This document shows positions 30,838 to 40,061 of a DNA stretch of 64,000 bases, one piece after another. The notes beneath the pieces are model-generated. The model saw nothing but the letters and a program-made list of their open reading frames with translations, did not search any database and was not told where the DNA came from. The position numbers and the translations under genes were made by a program. The stretch lies in the NCBI GenBank assembly GCA_963815455.1, contig CAWFGO010000002.1:576001-640000 (forward strand). Direction: 5' to 3'. This DNA is from an uncultured Verrucomicrobiae bacterium (lineage in GTDB: Bacteria; Verrucomicrobiota; Verrucomicrobiia; Chthoniobacterales; UBA10450). Every line of letters begins with the position of its first letter. Position 1 is the first letter of the stretch.

Positions 30838-32244
30838 TTGCGCTTCTTTAACACTTACTCGCGTCAGCTCGAAGAGTTCGGGGCACGTGACGCGGTTTCG
30901 CGCAAGATCGACATGTACACATGCGGACCGACCGTTTACAGCCGGGCCCACATTGGAAATTTTCGCGCTTACGTATTTGAGGACCTGCTCCAGCGTCATC
31001 TCGAACTGCGCGGCTACAAGGTGCATCGCGTGATGAACATCACCGACGTGGACGACAAAACGATCCGCGGCGCGCGCGAATCGAAAGTTCCGCTGGCAAA
31101 ATTTACCGAGCCGTTCAAGCAGGCGTTCTTCGAGGACATCGACACACTGCGGATCAAGCGGGCCGACGAATTCCCCTCGGCGACCGAGAAGCGTTACATC
31201 GATCGGATGATCGAGATGATCGGCGCGCTCGTTGAGCGCGGTCTCGCCTATCAAGCCGAGGACAAATCGGTTTACTTTCGGATCAACAAGTTTCCCGAAT
31301 ACGGGAAGCTGGCGCATTTCGATCTCACCCAATTGCAATCGACCGGGCGGGTGAAACATGACGAGTACGATAAGGAACACATCGGCGACTTTGCGCTTTG
31401 GAAAGCGTGGGATGAAGAGGACGGCGATGTGAAATGGGAATCGCCCTGGGGACCGGGCCGGCCCGGCTGGCACATTGAATGCAGCGCCATGGCCACAGCG
31501 CTGCTGGGCGACCAGATCGACATCCATTGCGGCGGCGTGGACAACATTTTTCCACATCACGAAGCCGAGATCGCCCAAACGGAAGGCGTCACTGGAAAAC
31601 AATTCGTGCGTTTTTGGCTGCATTGCGCCCACCTGCTGGTCGACGGGCAAAAGATGGCGAAGTCGCTCGGCAATTTTTACACGCTGCCCGACATTCTCGA
31701 AAAAGGATATACCGGCCGCGAAATGCGTTATGCGCTCATGCGCGTCCATTACCGCATGCCTCTCAACTTTACCTGGGAAGGGATGAACGAAGCGCGGGAG
31801 TCTCTTGGACGAATCGACGAGTGGCTGCAACGTTTGCGGGAAATTGCCGGCCGGAAGATCGACAACGGCAAGAGCGACTCGAAGGTCGCCGATCAGTTCG
31901 AGGAAGCGCTAGACGATGACTTGAACGTTTCCGCTGCGTTAGGGTTCCTGTTTGAATCGATCCGCGAAACGAACCGCGCGATGGATCGGGGAAAACTCGG
32001 CGCCGCTTCCGCTCAAGCGTGGTTGCAATGGTGGGAACGAGTGAACCGCGTGCTCGTCCTGGACAAAGACGCACCCGAAGGGATCCCCGCGGAAATCTCG
32101 AAACTGGTGGACGCGCGGATGCAGGCGAGGCTTGCAAAAGATTTTAAAAAAAGTGATGAATTGCGCGACGAATTGAGCGCGCGCGGCTGGACAGTGCGCG
32201 ACACCAAGGACGGCCAGAAGATTACGCAGCGCGCCGGCGCTTGA
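30838..32244 (+). CDS. cysS: Cysteine--tRNA ligase
   Basis: CGPTVY, HIGN, DFALWK, GRPGWHIECSAM and KMAKS. Confidence 0.97.
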   Translation: MRFFNTYSRQLEEFGARDAVSRKIDMYTCGPTVYSRAHIGNFRAYVFEDLLQRHLELRGYKVHRVMNITDVDDKTIRGARESKVPLAKFTEPFKQAFFEDIDTLRIKRADEFPSATEKRYIDRMIEMIGALVERGLAYQAEDKSVYFRINKFPEYGKLAHFDLTQLQSTGRVKHDEYDKEHIGDFALWKAWDEEDGDVKWESPWGPGRPGWHIECSAMATALLGDQIDIHCGGVDNIFPHHEAEIAQTEGVTGKQFVRFWLHCAHLLVDGQKMAKSLGNFYTLPDILEKGYTGREMRYALMRVHYRMPLNFTWEGMNEARESLGRIDEWLQRLREIAGRKIDNGKSDSKVADQFEEALDDDLNVSAALGFLFESIRETNRAMDRGKLGAASAQAWLQWWERVNRVLVLDKDAPEGIPAEISKLVDARMQARLAKDFKKSDELRDELSARGWTVRDTKDGQKITQRAGA

Positions 32245-32254
32245 TTCGCACACC

Positions 32255-32938
32255 ATGTTTGCGCCAGCTGAATTCCTCGATCTCGAACACACGGCCCATC
32301 CGAAACTGTTCGAGGGCCAGACTTACGTTTGGGATGCCCTCAAACAAATTGCGAGCTATTTGCAATTTCGCCTGAAACCGGCCGTACATGGCGAGCTTTT
32401 GGGAAAGCCGTTTGTTGGCAGCGGCGTATTTGTCGGCGAGGGAACGATTGTCGAGCAAGGCGCGGTCTTGAAAGGGCCGGCTTGGATCGGCGCACGATGC
32501 CACATTCGCAGTGGCTGCTACGTGCGGGAGAATGTGATCGTGGGCGATGGCGCGGTAATGGGCAACTCGTGCGAATTCAAGAACTGCATTCTCTTCGACG
32601 AAGCGCAGGTCCCGCACTTTAATTATGTGGGCGACTCTGTGATCGGTTATCGCGCGCACCTGGGCGCGGGCGTGATTCTCTCAAACGTGAAGCTGGACCA
32701 TCGCGAAATCGCCGTGGCTGGACCCGAAGGCAATATCGCCACCGGGCTCAAGAAATTTGGCGCGATCGTGGGCGACCGGACCGAGATCGGCTGCAACGCC
32801 GTGATCAACCCCGGCTCGGTCATCGGGCGCGATTGCATCATTTATCCCGGCGCGAATTTTCGCGGTGTGCTGGCGGCCTCGAGCGTGGTGAAGGTGCGGC
32901 AGCAAATCCAGATCACCAGCCGTCGCGATATGGGATAG
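32255..32938 (+). CDS. GlmU-related left-handed beta-helix acyltransferase (no nucleotidyltransferase domain)
   Basis: Hexapeptide repeats, PHFNYVGDSVIG and KFGAIVGD. Confidence 0.8.
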   Translation: MFAPAEFLDLEHTAHPKLFEGQTYVWDALKQIASYLQFRLKPAVHGELLGKPFVGSGVFVGEGTIVEQGAVLKGPAWIGARCHIRSGCYVRENVIVGDGAVMGNSCEFKNCILFDEAQVPHFNYVGDSVIGYRAHLGAGVILSNVKLDHREIAVAGPEGNIATGLKKFGAIVGDRTEIGCNAVINPGSVIGRDCIIYPGANFRGVLAASSVVKVRQQIQITSRRDMG

Positions 32939-32969
32939 AGGTTCCGCACGCGTCCGATGTCGATCTTCA

Positions 32970-33638
32970 CTAGAAAAACGGATCGACGGATGGCGGTGGC
33001 TTTTTCTTGATCCAGCCGAGTTGATACAGCGCCCGGTCGAACCACGCCGTCTTGCCGGAGTCGAAGATTTTCTTGGCTGACCCAATCCATTTTTGAGCAT
33101 CGGATTTTTTCCCGTGGCCAAACGCCCAGGCGGCCTGCGCATAATAGTAAGCGGGCGTTTCAGTGGGAAAAAGAATCTCGGCATAAACCCGTTTGGCCAG
33201 GGCTTCCTCGTGCCCGCCCAAATAGGCAAGCAAAAGACCAAAGCGGGCGTAGTCCGGCCACATCGGGGATTTTACTTGTATCAGACGCTCGTATTCGTTG
33301 CCGGCTTCGGTGAATTTTTTCTGCGCAAGCAAGGCGTCGGCGTGATGAATTCTGGGAGCAAACGCATCGAACTTGAAGGCATGAGACCCATCGAATGCCT
33401 TTGCTGCCTCTTCGAATTTTCCCTGCTCGAGGTAAACACAACCCCGGAGATCGAGCGACTCCATCGACGGACGGGATGATTTCTCCAAGCGATCGAGGAC
33501 GGCGAGCGCGGCATCGAATTTTCCCTGCTGGAATTGCGCCTTCGCCACGCCTAGCTCGTTTGAGAGTCCGGAAAAGTCTTTCTCGGCAACCAATGGATCG
33601 CTGATCGCGAAAAGCAGCAGTGCGAAAAAAAAGCGCAT
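32970..33638 (-). CDS. Exported TPR-repeat protein
   Basis: Signal peptide and TPR-like helices (LRGCVYLEQGKFEEA, PAYYYAQAAW). Confidence 0.75.
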   Translation of the reverse strand: MRFFFALLLFAISDPLVAEKDFSGLSNELGVAKAQFQQGKFDAALAVLDRLEKSSRPSMESLDLRGCVYLEQGKFEEAAKAFDGSHAFKFDAFAPRIHHADALLAQKKFTEAGNEYERLIQVKSPMWPDYARFGLLLAYLGGHEEALAKRVYAEILFPTETPAYYYAQAAWAFGHGKKSDAQKWIGSAKKIFDSGKTAWFDRALYQLGWIKKKPPPSVDPFF

Positions 33639-33723
33639 GCCGGGGAGTCGCATCAGTCGATCAAATCCGATTCGGCAGCATGGGGCAAGACCTAGTTCGT
33701 GGCCTCAGCGAGTTTCCTGGAAC

Positions 33724-33811
33724 TGGCGGATGGGAGGGGATTCGAACCCCTGGTGCCTTGCGGCACACACGCTTTCCAGGCGTGCACAATAGACCGCTCT
33801 GTCACCCATCC
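33724..33811 (-). tRNA. tRNA-Ser (anticodon GGA)
   Basis: Reverse complement GGATGGG...CACGC CT GGA AA GCGTG, long variable arm, GGTTCGAATCC T-loop and encoded CCA end. Confidence 0.96.
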
Positions 33812-33824
33812 GTTTCAATGCTGT

Positions 33825-33895
33825 TGTAGCGGCCGTCCGCGACCGTCGCGCTAATTGCAGGAAGAATAATGCGACGGTCAGAGACCGCCGCTACA
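33825..33895. repeat. GTAG-type REP doublet
   Basis: TGTAGCGGCCGTCCGCGACCGTCGC ... GCGACGGTCAGAGACCGCCGCTACA inverted arms. Confidence 0.82.
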
Positions 33896-33906
33896 AAAAA
33901 AAGCAA

Positions 33907-34722
33907 CTAAAGCTGTAATCGCCGGAACAGTTCGTCCAGCGGCAATTGGATACCGATGAAAAATTCGCCAAAATCGGCGTACTCGGCGCTGACGGGGTCG
34001 AAACGCATTTCGTAGACGATGGCTTTGATCTGAAATGTATCGCGGGCAAACAGCGTCACCCCCCACTCCGCATCGTCCAGACCGGTCGAGCCCGTGATGA
34101 GCTGCTTTACTTTCCCGGCATACTGGCGCCCGACGCTGGCGTGTCCTTTCATCAACTTGCGGCGCTCATCGTAGGGAAGCGCGTACCAGTTGCGATGTTC
34201 CCCTCGGCGTTTGCTCATATTATAGAAGCAAACGATCGGCCAATCCGGCAGCGTGGGATAAACGCGGTCCTGCCGGTAATGCTTTATCCGGTCGTGAAAA
34301 GCCGCCAACGCCGCTTCCAGTTTGGCCGGATCACTTCTGGTCTCCTGGTCGAGTGTCTGCGTGTATTCCTCCTCTGTCGTGATGTATTCGCTCTCTTCGG
34401 TGAGCGAGAGATAACTGTAAACTGGCGTTAGAACATCGGAGCCCAGCGAAAGCGAAAGTCGCTTCTCGATCCTATTTGCGGTTTGCAGATCGGGCGTAAC
34501 GAGCATGAATCCAAGATCCGCTTTCGGGGTAACCACGCTGAGGGTGAGCAACTGGGTCGAATCCATTGCCCGCACTTCCTGCACGAGCGACGACAGATTG
34601 GTCTTGGCGGCATTTTGCTCCTCTCGGCTGAGCAATTGCCATTGGCTGTGCTCGATCCGGTAAAACAAATGCAAACAATGCCAGCCCGCTTCGGGGACGA
34701 GCGCGGTATTCTTATCGGTCAT
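33907..34722 (-). CDS. hemQ: Coproheme decarboxylase (HemQ/ChdC, chlorite dismutase-like family)
   Basis: GWHCLHLFY, KADLGFM, YSYLSLTE.SEY, CFYNMSKRR...NWY, LMKGH and GSTGLDDAEWGVTLF. Confidence 0.85.
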   Translation of the reverse strand: MTDKNTALVPEAGWHCLHLFYRIEHSQWQLLSREEQNAAKTNLSSLVQEVRAMDSTQLLTLSVVTPKADLGFMLVTPDLQTANRIEKRLSLSLGSDVLTPVYSYLSLTEESEYITTEEEYTQTLDQETRSDPAKLEAALAAFHDRIKHYRQDRVYPTLPDWPIVCFYNMSKRRGEHRNWYALPYDERRKLMKGHASVGRQYAGKVKQLITGSTGLDDAEWGVTLFARDTFQIKAIVYEMRFDPVSAEYADFGEFFIGIQLPLDELFRRLQL

Positions 34723-34763
34723 CGCGCCATTTTAAACCACGAACACAGGATGTCGATACGCAG

Positions 34764-35543
34764 TCACTGCGCCGGCGTTGGCGCTTTCGGCAAATGGGCG
34801 ACGCAATACTCCTCGCCGTCACTGGCAACCCGGAAATCAAGATTCGGGTCGCTTACTTCGGTCGCGCCGCAAACGGCACATTTGTGCAGCGGCTCGGCAT
34901 CAGCGCGAGTATCCGCCTCGAACCGCTTGCGACGAGCCGAGACTTCGCTGCGATGCCTGGCTTGGTAAATGATTTCCGGTCCGAAGAAGAGCAGGTAATT
35001 GCCGAACGCAGCTACCATCGCCATTCGGTACGAATTCCCATTTGTCACAAATCCCAGAAGCAAAAATGCCGCCATGACCCAGGCCACCCATTTGATCTTG
35101 GCCGGCAAAATGAAAAAGATATAGATCACCTGGTCGGGATAAAACCGGGCAAAGGCGAAAAACAACGACGAAATCAGCATCGAGTTTGAGAACTTGGTGC
35201 CGAAGAAGAATGCCGCGACGGTGGTGCCGAGCATGCCGACGAGAAAATAAAGAGTGAGCCGGAACGGACCCCACGCTCGTTCGAGTCCCTCGCCGATCCA
35301 CCACAGAAACCAAAGAACCAGAATGACCCAAATGCCAGTTGTGTTGGGCAGAAAAATGTATGTCAGCAGCCGCCAGAATTCGCCGTGACGGATGCGGACC
35401 GGATCGAGATCGAGAAAGGAAGCGAACCCGGGGTTGAGGAAGACCAACGCGAAAACGAGGGCGGTAAAACCCACGAGGATCCGCGGTAATCCCGGGACGC
35501 CGAGAAAACCAATTCGTCGTTCGAGTTTGTCGAGAAAAGTCAT
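34764..35543 (-). CDS. Rhomboid/Derlin-like membrane protein with C-terminal Cys/His zinc-binding tail
   Basis: GEFWRLLTYIF, LERAWG, multiple TM helices and HKCAVCG...EYC..H. Confidence 0.7.
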   Translation of the reverse strand: MTFLDKLERRIGFLGVPGLPRILVGFTALVFALVFLNPGFASFLDLDPVRIRHGEFWRLLTYIFLPNTTGIWVILVLWFLWWIGEGLERAWGPFRLTLYFLVGMLGTTVAAFFFGTKFSNSMLISSLFFAFARFYPDQVIYIFFILPAKIKWVAWVMAAFLLLGFVTNGNSYRMAMVAAFGNYLLFFGPEIIYQARHRSEVSARRKRFEADTRADAEPLHKCAVCGATEVSDPNLDFRVASDGEEYCVAHLPKAPTPAQ

Positions 35544-35592
35544 TCGCTTGGGGAGCATTGCGCACTCCAATTGCGAAGTCTAGGCTTGGCGC

Positions 35593-36713
35593 GTGAGCGG
35601 CGGCGCAGAAAAACGGACACCACTTTACGACGAGCACGTGCGGCTCGGTGCGCGGATCGTGCCATTTGGCGGCTGGCTGATGCCGGTGCAATACACCAGC
35701 ATCGTCGAAGAACACCAGGCCGTGCGAAACAACCTCGGGATCTTCGACATCTCGCACATGGGGCAATTGATCGTCGATGGAAGCGGCGCCCGCAGCTGGC
35801 TCAACACCATGCTCACCAACAACATCGACAAACTCGATGTCGGCGCCGGCCAATACACGTTTTTGCTGAACGAGCGCGGCGGAATCATCGACGATCTGAT
35901 CGCTTACCGGATCGGCGAAAACAAATTTCTGCTCGTGGTCAACGCGTCTCGCACAGACGAAGATTTCGCCTGGTTGAAAAAGTGGCATCGGCTTCCAGCC
36001 GATGGTCTGGAACAACATCGGCAGGATGCCGATGCCACTACCCTCATCAACCGCAGCGCCGATTTCGGCGGCGTCGCGATTCAAGGACCGCGCGTAGTCG
36101 ATCTTTTCCCGGATTTGCCGCCGCGAAATCATATTGTCGATCTTGAGTGGCAACAGATACCGGTATCCATCGCCCGCACCGGCTATACCGGCGAAGACGG
36201 TGTAGAAGTTTTCTTCCGCGCCCAAGATGCCGCCAAATTTTGGAATCTAGTTTTGGAAAAAGGAAAAGAATTCGGGATCAAGCCGTGCGGCCTCGGCGCG
36301 CGCGACACCTTGCGCCTCGAAATGTGTTACCCGCTCAACGGCTCCGATTTGTCGCCGGAGCGAAATCCGATCGAAGCCGGGCTCGGTTTTTTTGTCGATC
36401 TTACGAAACCCAATTTCATCGGCCGCGATGTCTTGCTGCGAACCAAAGAAAACCGGGCCGCGCGAAAAGCTTGTGCCGTTTCGAATGAAAGAGAAAGGCG
36501 CGCCGCCGCGGCCGCACTACGGCGTTTTCCAAAATGGCGAACGCATTGGCGAAGTAACCAGCGGCACGCTTTCTCCGAGCTTGAACTGGGGCGTGGGCAT
36601 GGCGTATGTCTCGACGCCGCACGCGAAAATCGGCAATCGAGATCGACATCGAAATTCGCGGGCAGAAATTTCCCGCCACCATCGAGAAAAAACCGCTCTA
36701 CAAAAAATCATGA
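35593..36713 (+). CDS. gcvT: Glycine cleavage system aminomethyltransferase T; frameshifts near 36450 and 36635
   Basis: RTPLYDEH, FDISHMG, RTGYTGEDG and GLGARDTLRLE; GEVTSGTLSPSL is in a second frame. Confidence 0.95.
35982..36038. repeat. GTGGCATCGGC palindromic element inside the gcvT coding sequence
   Basis: GTGGCATCGGCTTCCAGCCGATG ... CATCGGCAGGATGCCGATGCCAC; 57 nt. Confidence 0.85.
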
Positions 36714-37087
36714 ATGTTCCCGACGATTTGCTTTACACCGAGAGTCACGAATGGATTAAGCGCGAAGGCGACAACATCCGCATTGGCATTACCGATCATG
36801 CCCAGGCGGAATTGACCGATGTGGTCTACGTCGAGCTGCCGAAGAAGGATCGACAAGTGAACGCGAAAGAAGCAATCGCCGTGGTCGAATCAGTTAAAGC
36901 CGCGAGCGACATCTACGCGCCGGTGAAAGGAACCGTCGTCGATGCAAATAAAGCGCTCGAATCAAATCCAGCGCTCATCAACACCGATCCATTCGGCGAA
37001 GGCTGGATTTTCGTTCTCAAGATCGACAAACCGGACGATCTGAAACACTTAAAAGATGCGGCCGCGTACAAGAAGCAAATCGCGTAA
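36710..37087 (+). CDS. gcvH: Glycine cleavage system H protein
   Basis: YTESHEW, GITDHAQ, VESVKAASD (lipoyl Lys) and GEGW. Confidence 0.96.
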   Translation: MNVPDDLLYTESHEWIKREGDNIRIGITDHAQAELTDVVYVELPKKDRQVNAKEAIAVVESVKAASDIYAPVKGTVVDANKALESNPALINTDPFGEGWIFVLKIDKPDDLKHLKDAAAYKKQIA

Positions 37088-37110
37088 TTCAAGCCATTAC
37101 GCCTGATTGG

Positions 37111-37154
37111 CAGGCGAGACGCCCGCCGGCCCGACAGGCAAGATTCCTGTGCTA
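37111..37154. repeat. Degenerate REP-like remnant ending in CTACA
   Basis: CAGGCGAGACGCCCG ... ACAGGCAAGATTCCTGTGCTACA hairpins between convergent genes. Confidence 0.5.
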
Positions 37155-37162
37155 CAACATTA

Positions 37163-37549
37163 TCAATCTTTGCCGAAGAGGATGTTCTCGACGCCGCGGA
37201 GGACTTCTTCGATGCGCACGGGCGCGGCGAAGAAGCTGTAGCCGCTTAGGATTCCGCCGGAAACCATCTGGCTCTCGGGCTTGAGGCTGCTCAAACGGAC
37301 AACGGGCGTGTCTTTGAGAACGGCGTCGTTGTTGAACTGGCGCTCAAGGATCTGGCCGTCCGGGCTGGTGGGCAGAGTATCGAGCAAGATCAGATCGGGT
37401 TGGAAACCGCGGGCGGTTTGAACTGCCGAGCTGTCATCGTGCTCTTCCTGGATCAGATATTTTCCCGCTTTCTCCAGCGCCTGCCGAACCAGCCGGGTAA
37501 CTCCCGGTTCATGATCGATCAATAGAATTTTTTTTGGAAACTTCATCAT
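37163..37549 (-). CDS. Stand-alone receiver domain protein (atypical)
   Basis: KILLIDHE and PDLILLD; lacks the usual KP motif (reads AAPV). Confidence 0.8.
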   Translation of the reverse strand: MMKFPKKILLIDHEPGVTRLVRQALEKAGKYLIQEEHDDSSAVQTARGFQPDLILLDTLPTSPDGQILERQFNNDAVLKDTPVVRLSSLKPESQMVSGGILSGYSFFAAPVRIEEVLRGVENILFGKD

Positions 37550-37663
37550 AGGTTGATTCGTTCCCAATGAGAGCATCGGATGTGCCACCACTGGGGAGTT
37601 CCCAGCTGGTAAAGAAGTCGCGCTTTTCCCGGGAGCCGCGCTATGCTTAATTGCGAGTTCCCC

Positions 37664-37981
37664 ATGAGCAACAAGCCGAAGCCCGCCGGAACAGAGCCGA
37701 ACTTTGAAAAGGCGATGGATCGACTCGAGGCGATTGTCGAGCAAATGGAGGCGGGTAAATTGCCGCTCGAGGATCTGATTGTCCGTTACGAGGAAGGGAT
37801 GGGGCTGGTAAAAGTTTGCCAGGAACGGTTGGCCAGCGCCGAGCAAAAGATCGAGATCATCGCCCGCAGCAGCGCCGGAAAACCGGTAGTGAAAGATTTT
37901 GAACCGGCGACGGAGACAAACACGAACGATCAGCGAACCGAAAGAGAAGAAAAACAAAATGACGAAGTCAGACTCTTCTGA
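37664..37981 (+). CDS. xseB: Exodeoxyribonuclease VII small subunit
   Basis: FEKAMDRLEAIVEQME.G.LPLE...YEEG..L...C...L..AEQKI. Confidence 0.93.
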   Translation: MSNKPKPAGTEPNFEKAMDRLEAIVEQMEAGKLPLEDLIVRYEEGMGLVKVCQERLASAEQKIEIIARSSAGKPVVKDFEPATETNTNDQRTEREEKQNDEVRLF

Positions 37982-39893
37982 AACGACGACCACGGCAGCG
38001 CCGAAACCTTTGCTACCCGGAATTCATTCGCCTGCGGATATCAAGGCGTTAAGCGAAGAAGACCTGCCCCAACTTGCGCAGGAAGTGCGCGACGAATTGA
38101 TCAAGGTGCTTTCGCAAACGGGCGGGCATCTTGGGCCGAACCTAGGCGTGGTCGAGCTGACGATTGCGCTGCATCGCGTTTTCAACACGCCGCAGGACCG
38201 TTTTGTGATGGACGTGAGCCATCAAGGCTACGTGCACAAAATGCTCACAGGCCGACTGGATCGCATCTCAACGATGCGACAGTTCGGCGGTCTCAACGGT
38301 TTTCTCCTGCGCACAGAAAGCGAGCACGATTGCTACGGCGCCGGGCATGCCGGCACGGCGCTTTCCGCCGCCCTCGGGATGGCAGTGGGCCGGGATCTGC
38401 GGGGTGGGAACGAACACGTTGTGGTCGTGGCGGGTGACGCCGCGTTTACCTGCGGGATCAGTTACGAGGCGCTCAACAATGTGAAAGCGCAAACCAAGCG
38501 TTTCATTGTCGTGCTAAATGACAACGAATGGTCGATCGCGAAAAACGTCGGCGCGATCGCCAATTATCTGAACAGCATCGTGACAAATCCCACCTATGCG
38601 CATTTGCACGACAAGGCGCGCGACTTCGTTCAAGCGATTCTCGGGAGGACCGGCGTGCAGATCGCGCACAAAGTGGAGGAGAGCGTCAAAGGTCTGCTGG
38701 TGCCGAGCGTAATTTTTGAAGAACTTGGGCTGCGCTACTACGGCCCCATCGATGGTCACGATATTCCGCTGCTCACCCGCACGTTCGAATTCCTGAAAAC
38801 GCAGGACGAGCCGGTGTTGCTGCACATTTTGACCAAGAAAGGCAAAGGCTACGAGCCGGCCATCAAACAACCGGACAAGTTTCATGGGCTCGGCAAGTAC
38901 AAGATCGAGAGCGGCGAGACCGCGCCGACGCCGACGCCGACGTATTCGGAGATTATCGGCAAGACACTGGCGAAGTTTGCGGACACGAATCAAAAAATTG
39001 TCGCCATTACAGCAGCGATGCCGAGCGGCACCGGGCTTGGGCATTTCGCCAAGGCGCATCCGGCGCGGTATTTCGATGTTGGCATCGCCGAAGAACACGC
39101 GGCCCTGTTCGCCTGCGGATTGGCTACGCAAGGCTTGACGCCTTTCCTGGCGATCTACTCGACATTTTTCCAGCGCGCCTACGACATGGCGATTCACGAC
39201 ATGGCCATACAAAAATTGAATGTCCGGCTTTGCATGGACCGCGCCGGGTTGAGCGGCGACGACGGCCCGACCCACCACGGTCTGTTCGACATCGGTTATC
39301 TGCGTCACATCCCGAATTGGGTGCATATGCAGCCGAAAGACGAAGATGAATTCGCCGACATGCTTTGGACCATGGCCCACTACAACTCCGGGCCGATCGC
39401 GGTCCGCTATCCGCGCGGTCCCGGAACGGGCGCGCAAATCAAATCGGAGCCGAAGCTGCTCGAGATCGGCAAGGCCGAAGTGGTGCAGCACGGGCGCGAG
39501 GTGGCGATCTTCGGCCTGGGCAACATGTTTGAAGTAGCAGTGGAAGCCGCGCGCAAACTGGAGGAGAAAGGCGTCTCGGTCGCGTTAATCAATCCGCGCT
39601 GGATCAAACCGTTGGACACCGGCACGCTCGAATTTTTCGCGCGTAGCGTCGACATCGTCTGCACGATCGAAGATCACGTTTTGCACAATGGATTCGGCTG
39701 CGCGGTAATGGAGCATTTGCATTCTCAAATGATTAACACGCCGGTGGTGCGGATTGGTTGGCCAGATGAATTCATCGAACACGGCTCGGTTCCGATCCTG
39801 CGCAAGAAACACGGCATTACCGCCGACGCGCTGGTGGAAAAGGTGATGCCGCTGTTGAAGAAAAAAGCCGCGGCACGAACGACGGCGGCGTGA
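37959..39893 (+). CDS. dxs: 1-deoxy-D-xylulose-5-phosphate synthase
   Basis: GGHLGPNLGVVELTIALH, GDAA..NDN, GPIDGH, DVGIAEEHA and DRAGLSGDDGPTHHG. Confidence 0.97.
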   Translation: MTKSDSSETTTTAAPKPLLPGIHSPADIKALSEEDLPQLAQEVRDELIKVLSQTGGHLGPNLGVVELTIALHRVFNTPQDRFVMDVSHQGYVHKMLTGRLDRISTMRQFGGLNGFLLRTESEHDCYGAGHAGTALSAALGMAVGRDLRGGNEHVVVVAGDAAFTCGISYEALNNVKAQTKRFIVVLNDNEWSIAKNVGAIANYLNSIVTNPTYAHLHDKARDFVQAILGRTGVQIAHKVEESVKGLLVPSVIFEELGLRYYGPIDGHDIPLLTRTFEFLKTQDEPVLLHILTKKGKGYEPAIKQPDKFHGLGKYKIESGETAPTPTPTYSEIIGKTLAKFADTNQKIVAITAAMPSGTGLGHFAKAHPARYFDVGIAEEHAALFACGLATQGLTPFLAIYSTFFQRAYDMAIHDMAIQKLNVRLCMDRAGLSGDDGPTHHGLFDIGYLRHIPNWVHMQPKDEDEFADMLWTMAHYNSGPIAVRYPRGPGTGAQIKSEPKLLEIGKAEVVQHGREVAIFGLGNMFEVAVEAARKLEEKGVSVALINPRWIKPLDTGTLEFFARSVDIVCTIEDHVLHNGFGCAVMEHLHSQMINTPVVRIGWPDEFIEHGSVPILRKKHGITADALVEKVMPLLKKKAAARTTAA

Positions 39894-40026
39894 GTGAAGG
39901 ATATTGGCTCGATTTGCTCGTCGAGTCAGGAGCAGTAGGCGAGAAGAAACTCACGAATCGACGAAACCTCGCGATTGACCGCCATTTTTATATCAATTGC
40001 AAAGACCGTGCGATTACGTCTGTAGC
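39891..40026 (+). pseudogene. C-terminal remnant of a four-helix-bundle protein gene
   Basis: EGYWLDLLVESG, then (frameshifted) DETSRLTAIFISIAKT*. This matches the E..YWL.LL...E..EL.AI pattern of the family. Confidence 0.65.
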
Positions 40027-40029
40027 ATT

Positions 40030-40057
40030 TCGTCCTTCATCGCTCATCCTTCATTCT
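40030..40057. repeat. Heptamer tandem array ((T/C)TC(A/G)T..) x4
   Basis: TTCGTCC TTCATCG CTCATCC TTCATTC just before the ATG at 40062. Confidence 0.7.
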
Positions 40058-40061
40058 TTCC

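Noticed and set aside
33660..33724. Integrative element at the tRNA-Ser 3' end
   Set aside because: No integrase gene, and no duplicated tRNA 3' end was seen.
34900..36225. Long alternative ORFs (also 30772-31830, 38514-39491, 48253-49344, 56672-57871)
   Set aside because: Antisense or off-frame shadows of well-supported genes, as expected in GC-rich DNA.
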